From Candidatus Segatella papionis (lineage in GTDB: Bacteria; Bacteroidota; Bacteroidia; Bacteroidales; Bacteroidaceae), in NCBI GenBank assembly GCA_002297965.1, contig DBLF01000123.1:16287-80286 (forward strand): 64,000 nt of DNA, read 5' to 3'. Below, one piece after another: positions 9,922 through 19,258 of this stretch; within the stretch, counting starts at the first letter, position 1; each line of letters starts with the position of its first letter. The position numbers and the translations under genes were made by a program. The notes under the pieces are model-generated. The model saw only the letters and a program-made list of their open reading frames with translations, searched no databases and had not been told where the DNA came from.

Positions 9922-11043
9922 ATGAAGAAGATAACGACTTTGGCTTTGGGCTTGATGCTCGCTTCAGCCGCTTTCGCACAGAAAGGAAACAAGGCTCCTA
10001 TCCCTACTTTCCAGGAGACGATGGGAAAGTACTTCTTGGTGGGGGCTGCCGTCAATACAAGTTTGGCTGACGGAAGCGACCCTGCTGCCGAGGCTGTGGT
10101 GAAGAGCCAATTCAACCAGGTTGTGGCGGAGAACTGTATGAAGGGTGAGGTGAATCATCCAGAGGTAAACCGCTTCGACTTTACCGATGGCGACAAGCTC
10201 GCCGACTGGGCAGAGAAGAACGGCAAGACCTTGATTGGTCACTGCCTCGTGTGGCATTCCCAACCACCTAAGTGGATGTTTACCGACAGCAAGGGCAACT
10301 TGGTGAGCCGTGAGGTGCTCATCGGTCGTATGTACAATCACATCATGACCGTGGTTACCCACTACAAAGGTAAAGTGAAAGGTTGGGATGTCGTAAACGA
10401 GGCTATCGAGGACGATGGAAGTTATCGCCAGTCTTTGTATTATAAGATTATAGGTCCTGAATACATTGAACTGGCATTCCAGTTTGCCCATGAGGCAGAC
10501 CCAAATGTAGAACTCTATATCAACGACTATTCGATGGCGAAACCTGCCAAGCGTGAAGCTTATTGCAAGATTCTTCGCAACTTGAAGGCAAAGGGACTAC
10601 GCATCGATGCTATCGGTATGCAGAGCCATAATGGCTTCGACTATCCTGATTATACCGAGTATGAGAAGAGCATTGAGGCTTTCGCCGCTGAGGGTGTCAA
10701 GGTGATGATGACCGAGTTGGATGTGAACATGTTGCCTAACCCAGAGGGCTTTGGTGGTGCGGAAATCAGCCAGAAGTTTGAACTTCAGAAGAAGTACAAT
10801 CCATACGTGAATGGTCTTGACAAGAAGGGACAGAAGCTTTTCAACCAGCGTTACCTCGACCTCTTCAAGATTATCGAGCGTCACAAGGATGTCATCAGCC
10901 GTGTTACTTTCTGGGGTGTCAACGATGGTCAGTCTTGGCTCAATGGCTGGCCTATCCCAGGCAGAACCAATTATCCACTGCTCATCGATCGCAACAACGA
11001 GGTGAAGCCAGTGGTAAAGGATATTGTGAAGCTCTTTGAGTAA
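9922..11043 (+). CDS. xynA: GH10 endo-1,4-beta-xylanase
   Basis: AENCMK, GHCLVWHSQ, WDVVNEA (acid/base), MTELDV (nucleophile). Confidence 0.95.
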   Translation: MKKITTLALGLMLASAAFAQKGNKAPIPTFQETMGKYFLVGAAVNTSLADGSDPAAEAVVKSQFNQVVAENCMKGEVNHPEVNRFDFTDGDKLADWAEKNGKTLIGHCLVWHSQPPKWMFTDSKGNLVSREVLIGRMYNHIMTVVTHYKGKVKGWDVVNEAIEDDGSYRQSLYYKIIGPEYIELAFQFAHEADPNVELYINDYSMAKPAKREAYCKILRNLKAKGLRIDAIGMQSHNGFDYPDYTEYEKSIEAFAAEGVKVMMTELDVNMLPNPEGFGGAEISQKFELQKKYNPYVNGLDKKGQKLFNQRYLDLFKIIERHKDVISRVTFWGVNDGQSWLNGWPIPGRTNYPLLIDRNNEVKPVVKDIVKLFE

Positions 11044-11118
11044 GTTAGAAGTTAGGGGTTAGAAGTTTTTATTTCTTCTCTTCACTTATAATAGAAAAGG
11101 TATATAAATAAAAATAAT

Positions 11119-12081
11119 ATGAAAGCAAGATATTTGTTCCCAAAGGATTATATGGCAGACCCATCTGCCAATGTGTTTAACGGTCGCTTGTACGTCTATC
11201 CATCCCATGACTGGGACAGTGGCGAGAGCTTCGATGATGATGGTGGCCACTTCCAGATGAAGGACTATCACGTGCTCTCGATGGATGACGTGATGAATGG
11301 CGAGGTGACCGACCATGGTGTGATACTCGATGTGAAAGATGTGCCATGGGCAGAAAAGCAAATGTGGGACAACGATGTGGTTGAGAAGGATGGCAAGTAT
11401 TATCTCATCTTCTCGGCAAAGGATTACAATGGCGTGTTCCATCTCGGTGTGGCAGTAGCCGACAAGCCGGAAGGACCATTCGTTCCTAATGCCGACCCTA
11501 TCCGCAAGTCGTACAGCATCGACCCTTGCGTGTTCAAGGATGATGATGGCAAGATTTATTGCTACTTCGGTGGCATCTGGGGTGGTCAGCTCCAGTGGTA
11601 CAAGGACAACAAGGCGCTCAAGGACGAGCACCTACCAGAAGGCAAGGAGAATCCGCTGCCATCACGGGTAGCAATGATGACCGATGACGTGCAACAGTTT
11701 GCCGAGATGCCAAAGCCTGTGGTTATCGTTGACGAGGAGGGCAAGGTATTGCCAGCCGATGATCCACATCGCTTCTTCGAGGCAAGTTGGATGCACAAGT
11801 ATAAGGGCAAGTATTACTTCAGTTACTCTACGGGCGACACCCATTATCTCTGCTATGCGGTAGGCGATAATCCTTACGGACCATTCACTTACAAGGGTGT
11901 TATCTTGGAACCTGTGGTAGGCTGGACCACCCATCATAGTATCTGTGAGTACAAGGGACAGTGGTATCTGTTCCATCACGACTGCGTGCCTTCCAACGAT
12001 ACCACGTGGCTTCGTAGCTTGAAGGTGGCTCCTCTCTTCTATGATGAGGAAGGCAACATCCTGCCTGTAAAGACAAACTAG
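11119..12081 (+). CDS. xynB: GH43 beta-xylosidase/alpha-arabinofuranosidase
   Basis: ADPSA, SIDPCVF, FFEASW, WTTHHS; no signal peptide. Confidence 0.92.
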   Translation: MKARYLFPKDYMADPSANVFNGRLYVYPSHDWDSGESFDDDGGHFQMKDYHVLSMDDVMNGEVTDHGVILDVKDVPWAEKQMWDNDVVEKDGKYYLIFSAKDYNGVFHLGVAVADKPEGPFVPNADPIRKSYSIDPCVFKDDDGKIYCYFGGIWGGQLQWYKDNKALKDEHLPEGKENPLPSRVAMMTDDVQQFAEMPKPVVIVDEEGKVLPADDPHRFFEASWMHKYKGKYYFSYSTGDTHYLCYAVGDNPYGPFTYKGVILEPVVGWTTHHSICEYKGQWYLFHHDCVPSNDTTWLRSLKVAPLFYDEEGNILPVKTN

Positions 12082-12133
12082 ATTTTTAAGTTTTGATGAA
12101 TAGTTGATACATGAGTTAATGTTAGTTTAGACC

Positions 12134-12170
12134 AAGCAGCATCTTCGCGAAGGAGGTGCTGCTTTCATTT
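12134..12170 (+). terminator. Terminator of the xyn operon
   Basis: aagcagcatcttcgcgaaggaggtgctgctt hairpin with a T-rich tail. Confidence 0.7.
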
Positions 12171-12330
12171 TTACTTTTCTATTTTACTTCGAGAAGAAGG
12201 TTTGGCTTCTCTTATCTTTTGCTAGATTTATGTTATATTTAAGTTATTTCCGTCAAATTAAAAGGAAAATAGGATATTTTTGTGTACCTTTGCAGCAAAT
12301 AAACCAATTTAAAAGTAAAACGAATAGTTT

Positions 12331-13731
12331 ATGCTGAAATTACTTATCAAACTGTGGTGGCTCCAGCAGCGCCGCAACTTCCACAAGCGAGATGCCTTCG
12401 TAGCTTGCTACCTCCTCTTTCTCTATGCGGTGATGGGAGTGAGCTTCTTCCATGGCTTTACCGAGAGTGGGGGAAAACTGGAAGGCGAGGATTTGCCGGC
12501 CACCCTTGGAGCGGGCATTGCCATCGGTATGCTCATCCCCGACATTATCATGAAGATGGTGATGAAGCGCGACATTACGGCGATGGACGACTATGTAAAG
12601 TCTCGCCCTATCCCCGAACGTATCTGGAACCGTTTTCTCCTTACCACGAATTTGGTGAGTTTTTGGAACTATGTGTTGCCTGTGCTGATGCTGCCTGTGT
12701 TTATCTATTTGCTTCCGGCAGGTCAGGTGGTGGTTAGTTTCTTCTTGTTCTTGGCGTTCTCTCTCATCGATGGTATCTACATCACCTGCTATCGCAAGGC
12801 AACCGAATGGATGCTCAAGTGGCCTTTGGTGCTGGGCTGGATGGGTATGTTTGCCGTGTTGATAGGCTATATGTTCATCGCCTCGCTCTTCCCGACATGG
12901 ATGGTGTGGATAGGATTGTTCTTCTTGGCAGGGGCTGTGCTTGCTGGTCTTGTGGTCTATCTTTACAATCTGAAGATATACAATGAGCAGAAGCGCAAGG
13001 TCTCCAAGTTCCGTGGCTTCAACCATATCAGTCTCTTTAGTTTGCAATATATCGGTACGATGAGGGCGAAGCGCATCCGCAATATGGTGATACTTATCAG
13101 TGCCATTTTCCTGTTTGATGCTTATATGTTTGCCTTGCTTCCTTCGGAGGCCTCAAGCGAAATGGGTGGAAAGGATGCGATGGTAACCTTGTATGTGGTT
13201 GGTGCGATACTCCTGCCATCGGTGGTCTTGTCGCAATGGACTTTCGGCGTGGAGGCAAACTTCTTTCAGGGATTGATGACGAAACCGATAAAGATAGGAC
13301 AGATGCTGACAAACTGTTTCTATTTCAATGTGTTGGTGAGTGCCGTGGCATTGTTGTTGACCCTTCCGTTTTTGTTCTTGGATGCAGGAGTCGGAATCGT
13401 CGTGCTCATCTCTGGTTTCTGCTTGGCGGTGTTTGTCAATCTCTTCAATCTGCCTACGTGCCTTTTCTCCTCTCGTTTGGAGATATTCAGTTCCTCAATG
13501 TTCAGCATGCAGGGAGCCAACATGAAAATCAACCTCTTTGGTATCGCCTTCTTGGTTCCGCTGGGTGGGGTAACAGTCATCTATTATTTCTTCGGCGAGC
13601 TGGCATGGTGCATCTCTTGTGTGGCAATGGCGCTCGTGGCAGTGCTTATCCACAAATGGTTTATCGGCAAGATAGCTGCCATGTTCTATAAGAATAGGTA
13701 TAAGCGAATGGAGAAGTTTATGGAAAACTAG
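12331..13731 (+). CDS. Polytopic membrane protein, probable ABC permease (DUF5687-like)
   Basis: Two-fold repeated multi-TM architecture; directly upstream of an ABC ATPase. Confidence 0.7.
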   Translation: MLKLLIKLWWLQQRRNFHKRDAFVACYLLFLYAVMGVSFFHGFTESGGKLEGEDLPATLGAGIAIGMLIPDIIMKMVMKRDITAMDDYVKSRPIPERIWNRFLLTTNLVSFWNYVLPVLMLPVFIYLLPAGQVVVSFFLFLAFSLIDGIYITCYRKATEWMLKWPLVLGWMGMFAVLIGYMFIASLFPTWMVWIGLFFLAGAVLAGLVVYLYNLKIYNEQKRKVSKFRGFNHISLFSLQYIGTMRAKRIRNMVILISAIFLFDAYMFALLPSEASSEMGGKDAMVTLYVVGAILLPSVVLSQWTFGVEANFFQGLMTKPIKIGQMLTNCFYFNVLVSAVALLLTLPFLFLDAGVGIVVLISGFCLAVFVNLFNLPTCLFSSRLEIFSSSMFSMQGANMKINLFGIAFLVPLGGVTVIYYFFGELAWCISCVAMALVAVLIHKWFIGKIAAMFYKNRYKRMEKFMEN

Positions 13732-13786
13732 CTTGCTATTGAATGCGTAAGCCCAATTTAACATTTAACATTTAACATAGAAAAAG

Positions 13787-14494
13787 ATGATTACGATACA
13801 GAATCTCAAGAAGATATACAATGGCAATACCGTCCTCGACATCGAGCACTTGGGTATTGCTCATGGTGAGTTGATAGGACTCGTTGGCAACAATGGAGCG
13901 GGCAAGACCACCTTGCTCCGCCTCATCCTCGACCTCATACAGGCAGATGAAGGCTTTGTGGAGAGCGACGGGCTGAAGGTGAATGAGAGTGAGGTTTGGA
14001 AGGAATACACCGGCAGTTACATCGACGGCAGATTCCTCATCGACTTCCTCACCCCAGAGGAATACTTCGATTTCATCGCCAGTGTCTATCATATAGACGA
14101 TGAGACCTTGAAGGAGCGTTTGGCACAGTTCGAGGGCTTCATGCACGATGAAATCATGGGTACGAAGAAGTATCTCCGTGACTTCTCACAGGGCAATCGC
14201 CAAAAGGTGGGCATCATCGGGGCGATGATTATCCAGCCGAAGGTGCTGCTGTTGGATGAGCCGTTCAACTATCTCGACCCATCCTCGCAGATGACCATCG
14301 CCCATATGATTCAGCGCATCTGCAAGGAGCAGGGCACTACGGTCATCATCTCCAGCCATAACCTCAACTTCGTAGCCGACATTTCCTCTCGCATCCTCTT
14401 GCTGGAGAAGGGCAAGCTGGTGAGGGACTTGCAGAATACGGATGGTGCCGCCATCGCCGAGCTGAATGAATACTTCGGGATTCAGGCAGAATGA
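13787..14494 (+). CDS. ABC transporter ATP-binding protein
   Basis: GNNGAGKT, FSQGNRQK, LLLDEP, SSH. Confidence 0.93.
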   Translation: MITIQNLKKIYNGNTVLDIEHLGIAHGELIGLVGNNGAGKTTLLRLILDLIQADEGFVESDGLKVNESEVWKEYTGSYIDGRFLIDFLTPEEYFDFIASVYHIDDETLKERLAQFEGFMHDEIMGTKKYLRDFSQGNRQKVGIIGAMIIQPKVLLLDEPFNYLDPSSQMTIAHMIQRICKEQGTTVIISSHNLNFVADISSRILLLEKGKLVRDLQNTDGAAIAELNEYFGIQAE

Positions 14495-14566
14495 GAAGTA
14501 TCAGCACAGATCGAAGAAAAGGTAAACTTGGGGTAAACCTGTTATGGGGAAGATATGGATATACTA

Positions 14567-15244
14567 CTAGTCTATCCATATCTTGAATCCCTCGCCACGC
14601 AGTGTCTCCAAATGGATGGAAGGATCTTTCTCAAAATATCTTCTCAGGTTATACATCACATTGTTGAGGCTTTCGTCACTGCAATGTATTCCTTTCCATA
14701 CCGTATCTTTGAGTTCTTGGCGAGGGGTAATTTCTCCCTTGTTGAGCCACAAAAGCTTGAGAGTCGCAAACTCAGTATTGCCCAGTTGCTTCTCTTTCAG
14801 TCCTTGATGGTAAAGCGTGCGGCTGTCAGTATCCAACGTATAGTCTCCTATGTTTATCATGCGAGAATTGCTGAAATCTTTGCGCTTGGCATAGCGGTTT
14901 ACCCATCCCAAAAACTCTCTGCTGTCGAATGGCTTCTCGATGTAAATCATGGCGCCATTGTCGGCAGCCTCAGTTTTGAGTTCTGGGTCATGTAATGAAG
15001 ATACACACATGATAGGGATGTCTTCTGCGGCAAGTCGGATGTCGTTGATTCTTTCCAAACTGTTCTCTTCTCCTATCATCACATCGAGGATGATTAGGTT
15101 AGGAGACAACTTCATGATAAGGCTTTCTACTCCAAACAGCGTGTTTTGAAAGTACACTTCATAGCCTGCTTTTTGAAGCAGCAAGACGGCAGTGTTGCCA
15201 AAATCCAGGTCGTCATCGACCAATAGTACTTTTATCTTTTCCAT
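14567..15244 (-). CDS. OmpR/PhoB-family response regulator
   Basis: VLLVDDD, IILDVM phospho-Asp, YIEKPF, C-terminal winged helix ending LETLRGEGFK. Confidence 0.92.
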   Translation of the reverse strand: MEKIKVLLVDDDLDFGNTAVLLLQKAGYEVYFQNTLFGVESLIMKLSPNLIILDVMIGEENSLERINDIRLAAEDIPIMCVSSLHDPELKTEAADNGAMIYIEKPFDSREFLGWVNRYAKRKDFSNSRMINIGDYTLDTDSRTLYHQGLKEKQLGNTEFATLKLLWLNKGEITPRQELKDTVWKGIHCSDESLNNVMYNLRRYFEKDPSIHLETLRGEGFKIWID

Positions 15245-15273
15245 ATTTTTTGTTTTATTTTTTTTTCCTTACA

Positions 15274-16659
15274 TTACGATTTGTAGCTTTTGTTGAGCGG
15301 CAAAGTGAACGTAAAAGTACTGCCTTTGCCTAGTTCGCTTTCCACCTTGATGGTTCCGCCATGTGCCTTGACTGCATATTTTACCATGGCAAGGCCTATG
15401 CCATAACCGCTCTTATGATGTGTGGCAGGTATGCGATAGAACTGCTCGAATATCTTCTTTTGATATTTCTTGTCGATGCCTATGCCATGGTCGGATACAC
15501 TGATAATGGTGAAATGTTCATCCTGTTTGATGTTTACTTCAATGTTTGCCTCTTTGTCAGAGTATTTAACGGCATTTTCCATCAGATTGTGTATCACATT
15601 TTCTATCAAATACTTATCGGCATACACTGGTGCATTATTTGCACGATGGTCGTGGATACCGATGGTGTGTGGCTTGCTAGCATAGTTGATGTCTATTTGT
15701 TCTTGCGCTAGTTGCGTTAGATTGATGATATCAACTTGCTCTTTGTTGATAACTAGCTTGCTATCACTAGCCTTAGATGTAATCAGTATCGTCTTGATAG
15801 TATTGGCAAGATGCTTAATTTGTCTTTCAGAAGAAGTTATCATCTTTTGCAAGTCAGCATCCTTGATGCAATCTTTGATGAATCCCAACTTTAGCAAAAT
15901 GCTTGCCAATGGTGCTTTCAGGTCATGTACAGTTCCATGAAGACTAACCTCACGATTTCTCAGAAGGTCTTCCTTGTATCTGATAACCGTCATCTGGTAT
16001 CCTATGCAAAAGACGATAATGAGGGCTAGCAGTATGGACGAGATTAGAGTCTCTACAGAATTTATGATGAAAGAAGATGGGGTAATATCAACCATAACTT
16101 GTACAAAACAAATAGGTTTGAGACCTATGGCAATAGGCTTGCTGGCTTGCCAACTCTCAATATCCTTTGTTTGTCCATAAGTCGTAATGACCTTTTTGTT
16201 CTCGTCTAAAATTAATAAGGTATATGAAAAATCCTCATTTAGATTTTTTTTGAATATTTGGGAGAGTTTCTTAAGATTGATAGGATTACCCTTGGCAGTA
16301 AGTATATCTTTTGTCAATAATCCCATAGCTTCGGATTCGGTCTCAGTGATACCTTTGTCTCTTAAATCTTGAATATTGATTTCGTTAAAATCAATAATGT
16401 CTTTCTTTTTAGGCTTTGCTTCCTGAAAATCTTCTTCTGACATTACCTTGTAGTATACTCGTTGCTTCCCATCTTTATGTGAATGATTGTTCTTGTGTGC
16501 TCGGGTTGCATATTCTTCGTCAATAGAAACTTTTAGTTCAGAGTTTATCTTGTCGGTTTTATTATGGATATAGTCCTTGTATTGCAAAGACACATTGTAT
16601 CCTTGTAACAAGGTAACAACAAAAAGAGCTAAAATTGTTATGCTATAATACTTTTTCAT
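15274..16659 (-). CDS. Membrane sensor histidine kinase with periplasmic sensor domain
   Basis: Two TM segments flanking an extracytoplasmic domain; H-box VHDLKAPL; NLMENAVKYS; DHGIGI; GYGIGL. Confidence 0.93.
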   Translation of the reverse strand: MKKYYSITILALFVVTLLQGYNVSLQYKDYIHNKTDKINSELKVSIDEEYATRAHKNNHSHKDGKQRVYYKVMSEEDFQEAKPKKKDIIDFNEINIQDLRDKGITETESEAMGLLTKDILTAKGNPINLKKLSQIFKKNLNEDFSYTLLILDENKKVITTYGQTKDIESWQASKPIAIGLKPICFVQVMVDITPSSFIINSVETLISSILLALIIVFCIGYQMTVIRYKEDLLRNREVSLHGTVHDLKAPLASILLKLGFIKDCIKDADLQKMITSSERQIKHLANTIKTILITSKASDSKLVINKEQVDIINLTQLAQEQIDINYASKPHTIGIHDHRANNAPVYADKYLIENVIHNLMENAVKYSDKEANIEVNIKQDEHFTIISVSDHGIGIDKKYQKKIFEQFYRIPATHHKSGYGIGLAMVKYAVKAHGGTIKVESELGKGSTFTFTLPLNKSYKS

Positions 16660-16691
16660 ACTTAGTATTTTAATATTTAACTTTAAAAATG

Positions 16692-16823
16692 CAAAAATAC
16701 AAATAATTTTTCAAAGAAGTGCATTTTCTTACATCATTTTTACATCATAATCTGGGGGGGGTAAAAATGATGTGAGATTTGATGTGAAAAGTTTGGCGGT
16801 TTGAACAAAATGAGATAATTTTG
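16692..16823. promoter_or_regulatory. Divergent promoter region with mirror-image tandem TGATGT boxes and a central G8 run
   Basis: Rightward TTTG (16792) - 20 nt - TAATTTTG (16816-16823); leftward TATTTTTG (16692-16699); ACATCA at 16731 and 16742; TGATGT at 16768 and 16780; G8 at 16754-16761. Confidence 0.7.
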
Positions 16824-16857
16824 CAGCCAGAAAATTAATCAAACTAAGGTATAAGGT

Positions 16858-16989
16858 ATGTATAAATTAAAAAAGCAAGAACAAAGTCAAATTCTAGGTG
16901 GCGGCTATTGGTGGCGTGCTCCTGATGGAAAATGGTTTTACATCGATGGTGACGAAGAACCTGATGGTAATGACATCATTTGGGGATAG
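16858..16989 (+). CDS. 43-aa double-glycine-leader peptide P0: MYKLKKQEQSQILGG|GYWWRAPDGKWFYIDGDEEPDGNDIIWG (not in ORF track)
   Basis: Translated by hand; LxxxExxxIxGG leader; first ORF after the promoter; C39 exporter downstream. Confidence 0.75.
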   Translation: MYKLKKQEQSQILGGGYWWRAPDGKWFYIDGDEEPDGNDIIWG

Positions 16990-17121
16990 TCATTGAAGTA
17001 AGAAAAATAATAAAGTCGACGATATTATTTGCAGACCTCACTGTTCAAAGGCGTACCTTCAGAGAAGCACGTAGTCTTCCAAGATAGTTAACATGGTATA
17101 AAACTCTAAAATGTAAAAGTT

Positions 17122-17280
17122 ATGGAGAAAATGAATTTGTTTGAGATGCAAGCCATTGCAGGTGGAATCTCAGCTAAAGAGTATTGCGCAGAGTTAGACG
17201 CAATTATTGCAGACAATTGGGGCAATTTTACTGAAAGTGAAAAGAAAGCGGCTGCTAAATCATTTGCACAGAATTGCTAA
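17122..17280 (+). CDS. 52-aa double-glycine precursor P1: MEKMNLFEMQAIAGG|ISAKEYCAELDAIIADNWGNFTESEKKAAAKSFAQNC (not in ORF track)
   Basis: Translated by hand; leader identical in amino acids to P2 and P3, with only synonymous DNA differences. Confidence 0.9.
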   Translation: MEKMNLFEMQAIAGGISAKEYCAELDAIIADNWGNFTESEKKAAAKSFAQNC

Positions 17281-17294
17281 GTAGAAATCTATGT

Positions 17295-17332
17295 AACAGT
17301 CTCAATATCTTTTAGCGGGTATTGAGGCTGTT
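17295..17332 (+). promoter_or_regulatory. Stem-loop downstream of P1
   Basis: aacagtctcaatatc pairs with ggtattgaggctgtt, including G-U pairs; no U-tail. Confidence 0.65.
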
Positions 17333-17352
17333 CATTCTAAAAATTAGGTGTT

Positions 17353-18177
17353 ATGAGGATTTTAATAAGTATGTCGGTATTATTCTTTTATGGGCTTTGT
17401 TTGCAAGCTAAGAATGAGGTTATAGATTATGGGCAATTTTTGTGCTCTTATTATTATTGTTATTCGAAAGATACAATAAAGAATGATAGGAAAGAAGAAG
17501 ATTTGCTCTTTCTTACTATTGGGAAGAATGTCTCAAAATGCTACAGCTATTATACGTATCAGTCGGATTCTTTAAAATCTACTGTGGATGGCAAAGCAAA
17601 ATTTCGTGCATTGTTTAAAGAAGCGATTAGGCGAGAAGGATATATGACTAGTTCTTTTCCACATAAGCGAATGACCGCATGTATTTATAAAAATTATCCT
17701 CATGATAATATGATGACAGTGACAGATTATCTTATGTCTCAATATTATGTATATGATGATAGCTTGGGTAATCAGAATTGGGTTATAGACGGAGATAGTC
17801 TTAAAAATATTTTAGGCTATAACTGTCAGAAGGCAACTTGTAAATTCCGTGGCCGTTTTTGGACTGCATGGTTTGCTTTGGATGTTCCAATTAGTGATGG
17901 TCCTTGGAAGTTTAGTGGTCTTCCTGGGTTGATAATGGAAGTATATGATAAAGGGAAACAGCAATATTTTTGTATAAAGGGATTGCAGAAAGTAGCTGAC
18001 TCCCCTATTGTATTTGATGTTTTTAATCGAAAACGGATAAAAATAGAAAGAAAAGATTTTCTAAAATCTAAATATAATTACTTTCGTAATTCAAATAGCA
18101 TAAATGAGGCGATGACAGGAATATCACTGGATTCGTCAGATTCTCAGCGTAATTATGACTTGATAGAAAGAGAATAG
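17353..18177 (+). CDS. GLPGLI family protein 1
   Basis: Signal peptide; ILGYNCQKA...FRGRFWTAWFA...GPWKFSGLPGLIME. Confidence 0.92.
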   Translation: MRILISMSVLFFYGLCLQAKNEVIDYGQFLCSYYYCYSKDTIKNDRKEEDLLFLTIGKNVSKCYSYYTYQSDSLKSTVDGKAKFRALFKEAIRREGYMTSSFPHKRMTACIYKNYPHDNMMTVTDYLMSQYYVYDDSLGNQNWVIDGDSLKNILGYNCQKATCKFRGRFWTAWFALDVPISDGPWKFSGLPGLIMEVYDKGKQQYFCIKGLQKVADSPIVFDVFNRKRIKIERKDFLKSKYNYFRNSNSINEAMTGISLDSSDSQRNYDLIERE

Positions 18178-18215
18178 AATCAGATAGAATATTAATTTTA
18201 AACAAGAAAAAAGTT

Positions 18216-18371
18216 ATGGAGAAAATGAATTTGTTTGAGATGCAGGCTATTGCTGGTGGCATCTCACAGAAAGAGTATTGTAAGCAGTTAGGTACAATTA
18301 TGGCTAATTGTGATTTGGATGATGGTGCAAAAGAAGGTGCCAAGTATGCATGGAATAAGTATTGTGCATAA
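18216..18371 (+). CDS. 51-aa double-glycine precursor P2: MEKMNLFEMQAIAGG|ISQKEYCKQLGTIMANCDLDDGAKEGAKYAWNKYCA (not in ORF track)
   Basis: Translated by hand; paralogue of P1 and P3. Confidence 0.9.
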   Translation: MEKMNLFEMQAIAGGISQKEYCKQLGTIMANCDLDDGAKEGAKYAWNKYCA

Positions 18372-18372
18372 G

Positions 18373-19212
18373 TTGTTATGCCGCCAAATATTATATTTGG
18401 CGGCGTTAACAATTGTCGCCATTGCTGGGATTGGGCATTGTTATGCCCAAAAGGAAATAGATGAGGCTTATCTGAAATGTCAATATGACTATACTTATGT
18501 AGAGGATTCTTTGTCTGGGAGAACTGCTAAGGATTGGCTTGTGCTCCTGATAGGCAAGAATGTGTCCAAATGCTATAGTTATTATAGTATGCAGGTTGAT
18601 TCGATATTTGCTTCTCCTAACAGAGATAGAATACTTCATCAGCAAATTAATGCGGCAATAAATAGTAAAACGGAATGGCCTCATAAAAGGATGAAAGCTT
18701 ATGTGTACAAAAACTATCCAAAGGGAAAGATGACGGTAACTGATGGTTTACTGTTGCAAGATTATATTTATGAAGATTCTTTATTTGCTCAAAATTGGGT
18801 AATGCAAGATTCTTCTAAATTTATCTTGGGTCATGAGTGCCAAAAAGCAGTCTGTCATTATCGAGGTCATTGTTGGACGGCATGGTTTGCTATGGATATT
18901 CCGATAACTGATGGACCTTGGAAATTATGTGGATTGCCTGGACTGATAATGGAGGCTACTTCGGAAGATAATGGCCATGCTTTTAAACTACTTGGTATGG
19001 AAAGTGTGTCAAAAGAGCCGATTGTCCTTAGTAAGACTTACGTTGGAAACAACAAGTTTGAGAAGACGACATATAAAAGTTTTTTGAAGAAACAATATGA
19101 ATTTCTTTTTGGAGATTTCCAGGCACAAACGCAACTACAGGGTATAGAGATTCCAAAGATAGAAAAAGTTGGGGCTAAATCATGGAAATATAAATCATTA
19201 GAATGTTTGTAA
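18373..19212 (+). CDS. GLPGLI family protein 2 (start uncertain: TTG 18373 or ATG 18346; the track's 18310 start overlaps P2)
   Basis: Signal-like LAALTIVAIAGIGHCYA; ILGHECQKA...GPWKLCGLPGLIME. Confidence 0.88.
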   Translation: MLCRQILYLAALTIVAIAGIGHCYAQKEIDEAYLKCQYDYTYVEDSLSGRTAKDWLVLLIGKNVSKCYSYYSMQVDSIFASPNRDRILHQQINAAINSKTEWPHKRMKAYVYKNYPKGKMTVTDGLLLQDYIYEDSLFAQNWVMQDSSKFILGHECQKAVCHYRGHCWTAWFAMDIPITDGPWKLCGLPGLIMEATSEDNGHAFKLLGMESVSKEPIVLSKTYVGNNKFEKTTYKSFLKKQYEFLFGDFQAQTQLQGIEIPKIEKVGAKSWKYKSLECL

Positions 19213-19258
19213 AATAAAATTAGAAAAATAGTATTATTTAATTTTAAATATAAAAGTC

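Noticed and set aside
13757..13778. Heptamer microsatellite TTTAACA x3 (similar GTTAGAA-like repeats at ~11044)
   Set aside because: Short, low-complexity intergenic repeats with no evidence of function
16903..16989. P0 core has Gly1...Asp8, resembling a lasso peptide ring
   Set aside because: No lasso cyclase, B protein or RRE in the window, no Thr at -2, and the leader is of the GG type
18310..18372. Track's N-terminal extension of GLPGLI-2
   Set aside because: Overlaps the better-supported P2 ORF; the signal-like sequence begins further downstream
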